The notes below the pieces were generated by a model. It made no database searches, was not told the origin of the DNA, and saw only the letters and a list, made by a program, of their open reading frames with translations. 64,000 nt of DNA from Candidatus Eiseniibacteriota bacterium (GTDB lineage Bacteria > Eisenbacteria > RBG-16-71-46): positions 352,001 through 416,000 of the forward strand of contig OY970342.1 in assembly GCA_963717505.1 (NCBI GenBank), read 5' to 3'. How positions within the stretch are numbered: position 1 is the stretch's first letter; each line of letters begins with the position of its first letter. The translations under genes and the position numbers were made by a program. Shown piece after piece: positions 10,107 through 18,741 of the stretch.

Positions 10107-10982
10107 ATGCCGCGATCCGCCGCAGCTTCATCTCGCGCGCCGCAGCCCAGCGTGTCCCAGCGCGTGCTCGCCGACTGGACGGCCGCCGCTGCGGGCTGGG
10201 AACGCTGGGAGCCGATGATCCAGCACTCGCTGGCGGCGATCGATCCCGTGCTGCTGCGGGCCGCCGACCTTCGGCCCGGTCAGCGGGTCCTCGACGTCGC
10301 CTGCGGCATCGGTGACCCGGCACTGGCCATCGCGCGCTGGATCGGCCCGCGCGGAACGGTGCTCGGAGTCGACGTCGCGCCGCCGATGATCGAGGTGGCG
10401 CGCCGGCGCGCGAAAGGGCTCGACATCCGGAACGCACGGTTTCGCGCCGGGGACATGAGCCGGATGAAGTTCCCGCGAGGGCGCTTCCACCGGATCGTGT
10501 CGCGCTTCGGGATCATGTTCGTCGAAGACCTCTCGAGGGCGCTTGAGAATCTGCACAGCGCCCTGGCTCCCGGCGGGCGCATCGCGTTCGCGGTCTGGGC
10601 TCAGGCCCATCGCAATTCCATGCTCTCGATCGCAACCATGGTGATGAAGCCCTACATGAAGGAGCCGCCGCCCGATCCCGAGGCCGGCCCGCATCCGATG
10701 CGACTCGGCCGGCCGACGTTGTTCCCGCGCTTGTTGAGGTCGGCGGGCTTCCACGGCATCCGCGCCGAGGAAGTCACGATGGCGTTCGTCTACCAGTCAC
10801 CCGAGCAGTTCGTGGAGGCCACGCTCGAGATCTCGTCGGCATCACGGGCGCTCTACGCCAAGTTGTCGCGAGGCGATCAGGCGCGCGTGCGCGTCGGCAT
10901 GGCGAAAGTCGCGAGACGCTTCAAGGATGGAGCGCTCTACCGGCTTCCAGGAATTGCGCGCGTGGTGTCGGCGACGCGATAG
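10107..10982 (+). CDS. Class I SAM-dependent methyltransferase (UbiE-like)
   Basis: RVLDVACGIG motif I; SRFGIMF; ALAPGGRIAFAVW. Confidence 0.88.
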   Translation: MPRSAAASSRAPQPSVSQRVLADWTAAAAGWERWEPMIQHSLAAIDPVLLRAADLRPGQRVLDVACGIGDPALAIARWIGPRGTVLGVDVAPPMIEVARRRAKGLDIRNARFRAGDMSRMKFPRGRFHRIVSRFGIMFVEDLSRALENLHSALAPGGRIAFAVWAQAHRNSMLSIATMVMKPYMKEPPPDPEAGPHPMRLGRPTLFPRLLRSAGFHGIRAEEVTMAFVYQSPEQFVEATLEISSASRALYAKLSRGDQARVRVGMAKVARRFKDGALYRLPGIARVVSATR

Positions 10983-10983
10983 C

Positions 10984-11805
10984 CTACTTCGCGACCCCCT
11001 CCGCCCAACTCCGCGCGAACCAGATCGCCGCGTCGGGCCGTTCGCCCCAGGTGCGCACCGCTGCGGTCACACGCTCCAGCTCGGCCTTGGCCACGCCCCC
11101 GACCAGCACGATTTCCCCCGCCGCGCCCTCGAGAATTCGCGCGATGTTCTCGACGTAGTCGCCAAAATCCGGCTCGCCGGCGCAACCGCCGAAGAACAGC
11201 CAGCGATTGCGCGCCGGCCTGACGCCCGCGGCGTGCAGCAGCTCGACCAGACGACGGCCGACGATCGAATCGTTGCCGTGCGCCTCGTAGACGCTCATGT
11301 ACGCCTGCCACACCGGAACGAAACCCGGCGGCTCCGGCCACAGACGCAACACGTCGTGGTCGTCGTCCTCGAGGATCAGGCGACCTCCCGGCCGCGCGGC
11401 GCGCGCCATTTGCCGCACCACCGCCAACGGATCGGGCACGTGCTCGAGAATGAAACGAGCGTGAACGATGTCGAAACTTCGCCACTCGCCGTCGGCGAGC
11501 GGAAACGCCAGCGCATCGCCCGCCCGGAACTCGACCAATCCGCTCTCGCCTGCCTCGCGCGCCATGCGCTCGGCTTCGGCGATCTGGTCGGTGCTGCGCT
11601 CGATGCCGATCACGCGCCCGGTCGGTCCGACCACGTGGGCGATCGCGCGCGACAGCAGACCCAAACCGCTGCCGACGTCGAGCACCCGGTCGCCAGGCGC
11701 CGGCGCCATCGCCTCGAGCGTGGTCGCGTTCAACAGCTCGTTCATGCGGGCGAGTCGGCGTTGTTCGACCGGGTCGGTGCCATGCACGTAGCGCGATTCG
11801 GTCAC
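10984..11805 (-). CDS. Class I SAM-dependent methyltransferase
   Basis: YVHGT...EQRRL, RVLDVGSGLG, FDIVHARFILEHVPDP, RPGGRL; GTG start overlaps upstream stop (alternative ATG 11820). Confidence 0.88.
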   Translation of the reverse strand: MTESRYVHGTDPVEQRRLARMNELLNATTLEAMAPAPGDRVLDVGSGLGLLSRAIAHVVGPTGRVIGIERSTDQIAEAERMAREAGESGLVEFRAGDALAFPLADGEWRSFDIVHARFILEHVPDPLAVVRQMARAARPGGRLILEDDDHDVLRLWPEPPGFVPVWQAYMSVYEAHGNDSIVGRRLVELLHAAGVRPARNRWLFFGGCAGEPDFGDYVENIARILEGAAGEIVLVGGVAKAELERVTAAVRTWGERPDAAIWFARSWAEGVAK

Positions 11806-12476
11806 GGCGCCGATCTCCATCCCACGCCGACCAACGCGTGAAACGCCAGGTTCTGGAAGCTACTGAAGCCGTTCGCCACCGGGACGCGCACGTGGGCGCC
11901 GGTGACGCGTAGCTCGACCGTGCCGAACCACGAGTCTCTCACCGGCATCCGGTAGCCGCCGACCGCCTCGATCGCGGGTCCGGTGAGCACGTAGCCGCCG
12001 GCGCCCTGATCACCGGTGAGCGGAACCCCGGCGACCTGGTTCTCGGGATGGGCGATCACCACGCCAATGCCGGTCGCGGCGTGCCAGCGCTGGCTCACGA
12101 ACATGTGACTCAGGAACAGCAGATTGCAGCCGTGCGAGACCTCATAGTGCTCGACCCCGGGCGGCGGATTGCCCAAGTGGACTTTGTGGTGGATGAAGTC
12201 GAGCGCCCAGGCGCGGGTCGAGTCCCCGCGTGCAATGCGCGCCGCGTAGTAGAGCGGCATCTCGAAGCCACGGGTCTGCCATTCTGCCGAGATTTCCATC
12301 ATCGGCGCGCCTTCGCGGTCGATGGTGAGGGTGGTGGGAAAGCTGCCGGCATTGCCGACCCACGTTTCGGCGATCCACGCCGCGCGGCCGACCTTGGGAA
12401 CCAGCAGAGCCCCCAACATCAGCACCGCGGCCAAGCCGACGTGCGTGCGCCCGCACGCGATTGACGCCCTTTCCAC
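11802..12476 (-). CDS. Putative outer-membrane beta-barrel protein (LpxQ/lipid A oxidase-like)
   Basis: Signal-like segment; [26 protein letters not shown] motifs; alternating beta pattern; start uncertain. Confidence 0.6.
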   Translation of the reverse strand: MERASIACGRTHVGLAAVLMLGALLVPKVGRAAWIAETWVGNAGSFPTTLTIDREGAPMMEISAEWQTRGFEMPLYYAARIARGDSTRAWALDFIHHKVHLGNPPPGVEHYEVSHGCNLLFLSHMFVSQRWHAATGIGVVIAHPENQVAGVPLTGDQGAGGYVLTGPAIEAVGGYRMPVRDSWFGTVELRVTGAHVRVPVANGFSSFQNLAFHALVGVGWRSAP

Positions 12477-12490
12477 GCGATCACTATCCT
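12461..12490 (+). promoter_or_regulatory. Sigma70-type promoter of ispG (probably leaderless transcript)
   Basis: TTGACG-18 nt-TATCCT; ATG lies 6 nt after the -10 box; no SD. Confidence 0.6.
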
Positions 12491-12496
12491 CGCTCC

Positions 12497-13735
12497 ATGT
12501 CCCTGGCTCAAATCGAGAGTTTCGCGCGCGGTCGGCGCGTGTCCGTGACTTGCAAGGTAGGCGGCGTGCCCGTAGGCGGCGGCCACCCCGTTGTGGTCCA
12601 GTCGATGACCAACACCGACACGGCCGATGCGGCCGCGACCGCCGCCCAGGTCCGGCTCCTGGCCGACGCCGGGTCCGAGATCGTACGCATCACGGTCAAC
12701 ACGCGGGCCGCGGCGCAGGCCGTGCCCGAGATCGCGCGGCGGCTGCGAGACCAGGGCGTGAGCGCCCCGCTGGTCGGCGACTTCCACTACAACGGCCACA
12801 CGCTGCTCACTGAGTTCCCCGACTGCGCCCGCGACCTCGACAAGTACCGAATCAACCCCGGCAACGTCGGCGTCGGCGAGCAGCACGACGACAACTTTCG
12901 CCGCATGATCGAAGTCGCAGTCGCGCACGGCAAACCAGTGCGGATCGGCGTCAATTGGGGCTCGCTCGACCGAGCGCTGCTGACGCGAATGATGGACGAG
13001 AACGCGCGCCGGCCGCAGCCGCTCGCCGACCGCGAGGTGGTGCTCGACGCCATGCGAGAGAGCGCGCTCGCCTCGGCCGAGCTGGCCGAGCGCTTCGGAC
13101 AACCGCACGATCGGATCGTGCTCTCGGCCAAGGTCAGCGACGTCCGCGACCTGGTCCAGGTCTATAGGAAGATCGCGGCCGCCTGCGACCACCCGCTACA
13201 TCTGGGGCTCACCGAAGCCGGGCTTGGCGCCAAAGGCATCGTCGCAACCACCGCTGCCCTCTCCGTCCTGCTGTTCGAGGGCATCGGCGACACCATTCGC
13301 ACCAGCTTGACTCCTGCGCCGGGCGGCGACCGCGCCGAGGAAGTGCGCATCTGCCAGCAGATCTTGCAATCGCTCGGCCTCAGGCATTTCTCCCCGCAAG
13401 TCACGTCGTGCCCGGGGTGCGGCCGCACCACGAGCACGTTCTTCCAGGAGCTGGCGGCCGACGTCACCGCACACATCCAGGAGCGATTGGCCTCGTGGCG
13501 CACGCGCCACCCGGGTGTCGAGGAGCTGCGGGTCGCCGTCATGGGCTGCGTGGTCAACGGCCCGGGCGAGAGCAAGCATGCCGACATCGGCATCTCATTG
13601 CCGGGAAGCGGCGAGGAACCGCGCGCCCCGGTATACGTCGACGGCAAGCTGGTGACCACGCTCAAGGGTGAGACCATCGCGCGTGATTTCGCCAGGCTAC
13701 TCGACGAGTACGTTGAGAAACGCTATGCGCGTTGA
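12497..13735 (+). CDS. ispG: (E)-4-hydroxy-3-methylbut-2-enyl-diphosphate synthase
   Basis: [63 protein letters not shown]. Confidence 0.97.
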   Translation: MSLAQIESFARGRRVSVTCKVGGVPVGGGHPVVVQSMTNTDTADAAATAAQVRLLADAGSEIVRITVNTRAAAQAVPEIARRLRDQGVSAPLVGDFHYNGHTLLTEFPDCARDLDKYRINPGNVGVGEQHDDNFRRMIEVAVAHGKPVRIGVNWGSLDRALLTRMMDENARRPQPLADREVVLDAMRESALASAELAERFGQPHDRIVLSAKVSDVRDLVQVYRKIAAACDHPLHLGLTEAGLGAKGIVATTAALSVLLFEGIGDTIRTSLTPAPGGDRAEEVRICQQILQSLGLRHFSPQVTSCPGCGRTTSTFFQELAADVTAHIQERLASWRTRHPGVEELRVAVMGCVVNGPGESKHADIGISLPGSGEEPRAPVYVDGKLVTTLKGETIARDFARLLDEYVEKRYAR

Positions 13736-13774
13736 GAAACGCTATGCGCGCTGAAAAACGCTACGCGCGTTGAG
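13712..13774. repeat. 19-bp tandem repeat, about 3.3 copies
   Basis: gttgagaaacgctatgcgc x2, gctgaaaaacgctacgcgc, gttgag; spans both convergent stop codons. Confidence 0.9.
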
Positions 13775-15764
13775 GGTGCCGGGCGCCGATCGCCCGGAGA
13801 ACGCCGCGAGCCAGGTCGGTGAGCGAGGGGTCGCGCGCACCCATGATCAGCACCAGGTCGCCGGCGCGCGCCACCGCGGCGATCCGCTCGACCAGCCACT
13901 CGCGCGAGGGCGCGAACTCGGCCAGGCGACCTCGAGCGGCGATCTCAGCGACCAGGTCGGCCGACGACAGGTCGCGCTGCGCCGTGCCGCCGGCGTAGTA
14001 GATCTCGAGCAGCCACAACAGGTCGTCGGCCCGGAGCGCATTGGCGAAGCTGGTGACCAGGTCGGGCCGCAGGAAGCGCGTCGGACCGAACCCGTGCGGC
14101 TGGTAGATCGCGAGCACGCGCTGCGAGCGCGCCCGCGCGGTGGCGATCGCGGCCTCGATCTTGGCCGGGTTGTGCGCGAAGTCGTCGACCACTTCGACGC
14201 CGCCCGCGGCGCCGATCGTCTCGAAACGCCGGCCGACGCCGCGAAACCCGGCGAGCGGCTCGACCATCGCACCGATGGGAACCCCCACGGAACGGCAGGC
14301 GGCGATCGCGGCGAGCGCGTTCTCGACGTTGTGCCGGCCGGGCACCGGCAACGTGAACGGAACTCCCGAAACCACGAAGCGACTGCCGTCGGGGTTCAGC
14401 AGGACCGTGTCACCGCGCAAGTCGGCCGAGGGCTTGTATCCAAACATCACGACGTTCGCCGGGAGCTCGACGGCATTGCGGCTCGCCAGGAACTCGAGAT
14501 TGGCCTCGGCGCCGAGCACCAGGGTCTCGCGCACCTGGCCACCGAACATCTCGAACATGCCGGCGACCTCGTCCATCGCCTTGTGATCCTTCTGCAGATT
14601 GAGGACGACTCCGACCGCCGGGTGGTAACGGATGACCGAGCCGTCGCTCTCGTCGGCCTCGACCACCAGCAGGTTCGAGCTACCGTGCCACGCGTTGCCC
14701 ATCAGGTCCTGAGCCTGCAGGCTCGAGAGTTCCGCGCCGGTGATCACCGAAGGATCGCGCCCCGCTCCGCGCAGGATGTCGAAGATCATCGCGACCACCG
14801 TCGACTTGCCGCTGGTGCCGGTGACCGCGATCGTCCGGTGCGAGTGGACGAAGTGCGCGAGCAGCTCCGAGCGATGGATGATCGGCAGGTCGAGCTTGCG
14901 CGCGGCGGCGACGTCGGGCACCGACTCCTCGACCGCGGTCGAGACCACGAGTGCCGCGCAGTCGGCGGTGACCCCGCTCCCATCCTGGCGCGCGATGCCG
15001 ATGCCGAGTTGCGCGAGCTGGCCGCGCTCGCGCGGGCGCTCGCCTCGGTCGAAGGCGCGATCGCTGCCGCTGACCCGCCCGCCGAGCATGGCCTGGAACT
15101 GGGCGAGTGCCGTCATGCCGCTGCCGCCCAGGCCGGCGTAGTGGAAGTGGCTGGTGCGCGGATCGGGAATCGACGTCGCGGCCGGACCCGGGGCCAGTAC
15201 TACGGAATCGACCACCACCACCAGGTCGCCCTCCGCCACGCGCTCGAACAGCTCGGTCACGTCGCGGTTCGCCATCCGCACACATCCGTGCGACTCCGGC
15301 TGGCCGAGCCGCGTCTCGTGGTTCGTGCCGTGGATGTAGATGTAGCGCTCGATCGAATCGACGCTGGCGCCACGGTTGATCCCGTCCTCGAGGCCGTCGA
15401 GCGTCAGGATGCGGGTCAGGATCAGGTCTCCGGCCTCGACTTCGCCCTGCCACACTCGGGCGACCGGCTCGCGGCTTTCGAACGCTCGCCCAGAGGGCTC
15501 GCGGCCCCCGATCCTGCGCGCGATCCGGTGCCAACCGGGAGGCGTGCGATTCGAGCCTTCGGCCCCGCCGATGCCGGCGGCCGCGGTCGACACCGGGTAC
15601 TCGGCCACGGTTACGCCCCGCTCGATCACCGCCAGGCGTTGCAGCGCCACGTCGACCATCAGCACGCGCTCGGCCGCGCGCGCGGCGGCCGGCGCCAATG
15701 GCCGCGCCCGAGCAGCCGCCAGGAGCGCCACATCGCGATCACGGACCGTCGGGGCGGGGGTCAT
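13761..15764 (-). CDS. Fusion of an L,D-transpeptidase (YkuD) domain and a MurC/Mpl-like Mur ligase
   Basis: N-terminal YPVST, TPPGWH, IYIHGT, SHGCVRM; C-terminal GLGGSGM, GTSGKST, EADESDG, HNVENALAA, RRFE, DDFAHNP, YQPHG; one uninterrupted ORF. Confidence 0.88.
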   Translation of the reverse strand: MTPAPTVRDRDVALLAAARARPLAPAAARAAERVLMVDVALQRLAVIERGVTVAEYPVSTAAAGIGGAEGSNRTPPGWHRIARRIGGREPSGRAFESREPVARVWQGEVEAGDLILTRILTLDGLEDGINRGASVDSIERYIYIHGTNHETRLGQPESHGCVRMANRDVTELFERVAEGDLVVVVDSVVLAPGPAATSIPDPRTSHFHYAGLGGSGMTALAQFQAMLGGRVSGSDRAFDRGERPRERGQLAQLGIGIARQDGSGVTADCAALVVSTAVEESVPDVAAARKLDLPIIHRSELLAHFVHSHRTIAVTGTSGKSTVVAMIFDILRGAGRDPSVITGAELSSLQAQDLMGNAWHGSSNLLVVEADESDGSVIRYHPAVGVVLNLQKDHKAMDEVAGMFEMFGGQVRETLVLGAEANLEFLASRNAVELPANVVMFGYKPSADLRGDTVLLNPDGSRFVVSGVPFTLPVPGRHNVENALAAIAACRSVGVPIGAMVEPLAGFRGVGRRFETIGAAGGVEVVDDFAHNPAKIEAAIATARARSQRVLAIYQPHGFGPTRFLRPDLVTSFANALRADDLLWLLEIYYAGGTAQRDLSSADLVAEIAARGRLAEFAPSREWLVERIAAVARAGDLVLIMGARDPSLTDLARGVLRAIGARHPQRA

Positions 15765-15863
15765 CCGGCGGACTCTGCCACAGGCGCAGGAAACGATCGA
15801 GGCCGGGCATGCGGGTCGCCCGGCCCCGATCGACATCACCCGCTCACGCGGGCTGACTGCAAA

Positions 15864-17117
15864 CTACGGCGCCAATACGATCCGCTTGCGGGCAATCTCG
15901 CCGTTGGCGCGCAGCACCGCGAAGTACATCCCGGCCGGCAGACGACCCGGACGGAAGCTCACGTTGTGCTCGCCGGCCGCGAACTCGCCGTCGACCACGG
16001 TGGCCACGCGCTGACCGGTGACGCTGAAGACTTCCAGCGACACCTCGCCGCCGGTCGGCAGGCTGATCGCGAAGTTGGTCTCGCTCGCGAACGGGTTGGG
16101 GCCGACGCGCATCGCCAGGCCGCCACCGACCGAAACCGAGGCCCGATCGTTTTCGAGGAAGCCACCGCGCTGGGCCACCGCGGCGTTCAGCAGGCTCGGA
16201 CGATAGGTCGGCACCATCGCGTCCATGCGCGCGTCCTGGCCGGCAGTGAATTGCGTGTAGCAGGCGTCGTTCGAGTAGTCCATGTAGTTGTGGATCGGAT
16301 CCAGCCCGCCGCCGGCGCAGGTGTCCTTGTTGTTGGGGCAGCCGGAGGTCGGCGTCGCTTCGGCCGGCGTGTCGGCGACGAAGTCACCGTTGCCGCTGCA
16401 CCCGCCCTGGAACGTGTGATAGAGCCCGAGGTAGTGGCCGACTTCATGATCGGCCGTACCGCCCAGGTTGTAGGGCGCGAGGTAGCCGCCCGGCACCGAG
16501 CCGTAGTGGATCACGACGCCGTGCATCTTGTTGGATTCCGGGAATGAATTCGGGAAGTACGCCCAGCCCAGGAGATTTTGACCCGGCTTGCACGAGTAGA
16601 TGTTGAGGCGGTGCGCCGGATCAATTGCCAGCGCGTTCTTCATCTGGGTTTCTCTGTTGGTCTGCGGGGTGACGCCGAACCACTGGCGATTGTTGGTGCG
16701 GTCGGTCGAGGCCAGCACGAAGGTGTAGCCGGTGTTCACGCCCCCGTAGAAGCCGCTGTACGCCTTGTTGAGTTCGGCGATGGACGCGGCGATCTGTGAA
16801 TCCGGGATGTTGCCGGTGCTACCGCTGTAGATCACGTGCCAGGCGACCTTGATCTGCCCGCCGACCGCGAGGGTTTCGAGGTCGCGCCCCATCGACTTGA
16901 GCTGAGCCTGGAGCTGCGCCTGCACCGCTTCCATCTCGCCCTGGCTGAGATCGGATGTGCCGCAGACGCGGCCATCGAGTGGGTAGAACTCCTCGGGGAG
17001 CATCTTCGCCGCGCCGAAGCCGCCCGTGGTACCCGGAGTTTGGGTTTGGGCGGATGCGAGGCTGGTGACGAGGAACAGCGCGAACAGTCCTGCCGGGAGA
17101 ACGCGAAGCAAACGCAT
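15864..17117 (-). CDS. Secreted M43 (pappalysin/ulilysin-like) zinc metalloprotease with T9SS-A-like C-terminal domain
   Basis: Signal peptide; propeptide RVCGT (Cys switch); HEVGHYLGLYHTF; NYMDYS Met-turn; C-terminal PNPF...LPAGMYF. Confidence 0.92.
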   Translation of the reverse strand: MRLLRVLPAGLFALFLVTSLASAQTQTPGTTGGFGAAKMLPEEFYPLDGRVCGTSDLSQGEMEAVQAQLQAQLKSMGRDLETLAVGGQIKVAWHVIYSGSTGNIPDSQIAASIAELNKAYSGFYGGVNTGYTFVLASTDRTNNRQWFGVTPQTNRETQMKNALAIDPAHRLNIYSCKPGQNLLGWAYFPNSFPESNKMHGVVIHYGSVPGGYLAPYNLGGTADHEVGHYLGLYHTFQGGCSGNGDFVADTPAEATPTSGCPNNKDTCAGGGLDPIHNYMDYSNDACYTQFTAGQDARMDAMVPTYRPSLLNAAVAQRGGFLENDRASVSVGGGLAMRVGPNPFASETNFAISLPTGGEVSLEVFSVTGQRVATVVDGEFAAGEHNVSFRPGRLPAGMYFAVLRANGEIARKRIVLAP

Positions 17118-17242
17118 GCACCCTCCGACAATTTCCGACGACCCTCGCGATCCGGGGCAGGGGTCGTTCCCTGGGGGGCCGATCGCGAGCGCGGGCATGC
17201 TGACAAAGACCGGACGTTCGCGCCAGTGATTTCTCGACGTTC

Positions 17243-17821
17243 CTAACGGACCCAGGCTGGTCGGTCGCTCGAGGGGAATGCCTTACGCCGAAAGACCATC
17301 AAATTGTTGAGCCCGAGCTGAAAACGTTGCCAACGCTCGAGCGCGAAGCCTTGCGCGCGAAATCCATGGGGAAGGTCTGCGGGATCGAGACCGTGGTGCT
17401 CTTCGAGCGACATGCCGGTCGCGATCCCGAGCTTCAACAGGACCGCGAGGATCTTGTCCACCTCGGGGCTCGGAACCGTGAGCACGACTCGGCCTTCCGG
17501 GGCGAGTACTCGCCAGCACGCCGCCACCAGGCCGCGCCAATCGGGAACGTGCTCGATCACCGCCAGCATGCTGACCACATCGAACGACCCATCGGGGAAA
17601 CTATGGCTACCGGGGAACGTGCCGCGGATCAGCCGATAACGCGGGGTGGCGCGGGGTTCTGCCAGAGGGTCGATCCCGACGCTCGGCCCGATCCGATCCC
17701 CCAGGCCCTCCAGGAACTCGCCTTGGTGGCAGCCGACGTCGAGCAATCGTGCACCCATGGGCACCCACGGCCTGGCCTTGGCGGCCCGCCAACCCTGGAG
17801 CCACACGTCCACCCGGCGCAT
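17243..17821 (-). CDS. Class I SAM-dependent methyltransferase
   Basis: LLDVGCHQG, FDVVSMLAVIEHV, VLAPEGRVVLTVP. Confidence 0.85.
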   Translation of the reverse strand: MRRVDVWLQGWRAAKARPWVPMGARLLDVGCHQGEFLEGLGDRIGPSVGIDPLAEPRATPRYRLIRGTFPGSHSFPDGSFDVVSMLAVIEHVPDWRGLVAACWRVLAPEGRVVLTVPSPEVDKILAVLLKLGIATGMSLEEHHGLDPADLPHGFRAQGFALERWQRFQLGLNNLMVFRRKAFPSSDRPAWVR

Positions 17822-17886
17822 TCGGCCTCCATCGCTTCTTGCAACTAACCGCTGTGAGCCCGGTTCGGCTACTCTCTTTGCGCAAT

Positions 17887-18741
17887 ATGGCATGGACCCC
17901 AGGACATGTGGCCCTTCGCCTCTGCGTGCTCTTCCTGTGGCTCCTCACCCTCCCTGCGGCCGCCAGGGCGCATGGGCCCCTCAGCGCTCGCATTGATGCG
18001 GTTTCGCGGCAGATTTCATCCAACCCGAACGACGCCAGCCTCTACGTCGAACGCGCCGAATTGTACAGGCGCGAGGCGCGGCCCGATCGGGCGGCTCGGG
18101 ATCTGGACCGTGCCGAGGCTTTGGATCCGGGCTCGTCTCAGGTCCGGGTCTGCCGCGCCCAACTAGCCCTCGACGCGGGCCAGGCGGTCGAGGCCCGCGG
18201 CCTGCTCAGTTCGGTGCTGGCCGAAGAACCCGACCTGGGCCCCGCCCTCCTGCTCCGGTCCCAGGCTTTGGCGGCCCTGGGACTGGCCTCGGAAGCCGTT
18301 GTCGATCTGGATCGGCTGGTTGTGAGCAAAGCCAAGCCGGCGCCCGAGTGGTGCGTCGCACGGGCCAACCTGCTGATCGAGCTCGGCGAGTCCCATTGGG
18401 ATCGCGCCCTGGACGGGCTCGATCAGGCCATCGCCCGCCTGGGGCAGGTCCCTGCCCTGACCGAGATCGCCATCGACCTCGAGATCCGCCGTGGCCGCTA
18501 CGACTCGGCCCTGGCGAGGATCGACCGGGTACTGGCGTCATCGGCCGACCGACCGACCTTGTCCGCGCTCCGGGGTGACGTACTCAGCCGTGCGGGCCGG
18601 CCGCTCGAAGCCTGGGTGGCCTGGAGCGAAGCCCTGAGTCAGCTCGAGAGCATGCCGATGGGACGGCGCCACGCTCCGGCGGTCCTGGCACTCGAGTCGC
18701 GCCTCAGGGCCTCGCTTTCGGCGTCGGGGTCGATGCGATGA
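17887..18741 (+). CDS. Exported tetratricopeptide-repeat protein
   Basis: Signal peptide ending AAARA|HGPLSARI; helical TPR-like repeats (LYVERAELY, ALLLRSQAL, LRGDVL); stop overlaps the next ATG. Confidence 0.8.
   Translation: MAWTPGHVALRLCVLFLWLLTLPAAARAHGPLSARIDAVSRQISSNPNDASLYVERAELYRREARPDRAARDLDRAEALDPGSSQVRVCRAQLALDAGQAVEARGLLSSVLAEEPDLGPALLLRSQALAALGLASEAVVDLDRLVVSKAKPAPEWCVARANLLIELGESHWDRALDGLDQAIARLGQVPALTEIAIDLEIRRGRYDSALARIDRVLASSADRPTLSALRGDVLSRAGRPLEAWVAWSEALSQLESMPMGRRHAPAVLALESRLRASLSASGSMR

Noticed and set aside
13712-13774. Possible mini-CRISPR
   Set aside because: Repeats are directly adjacent with no spacers; no cas genes in the window
17632-17639. Another GCCGATAA
   Set aside because: Inside a coding region, with no matching -35 element
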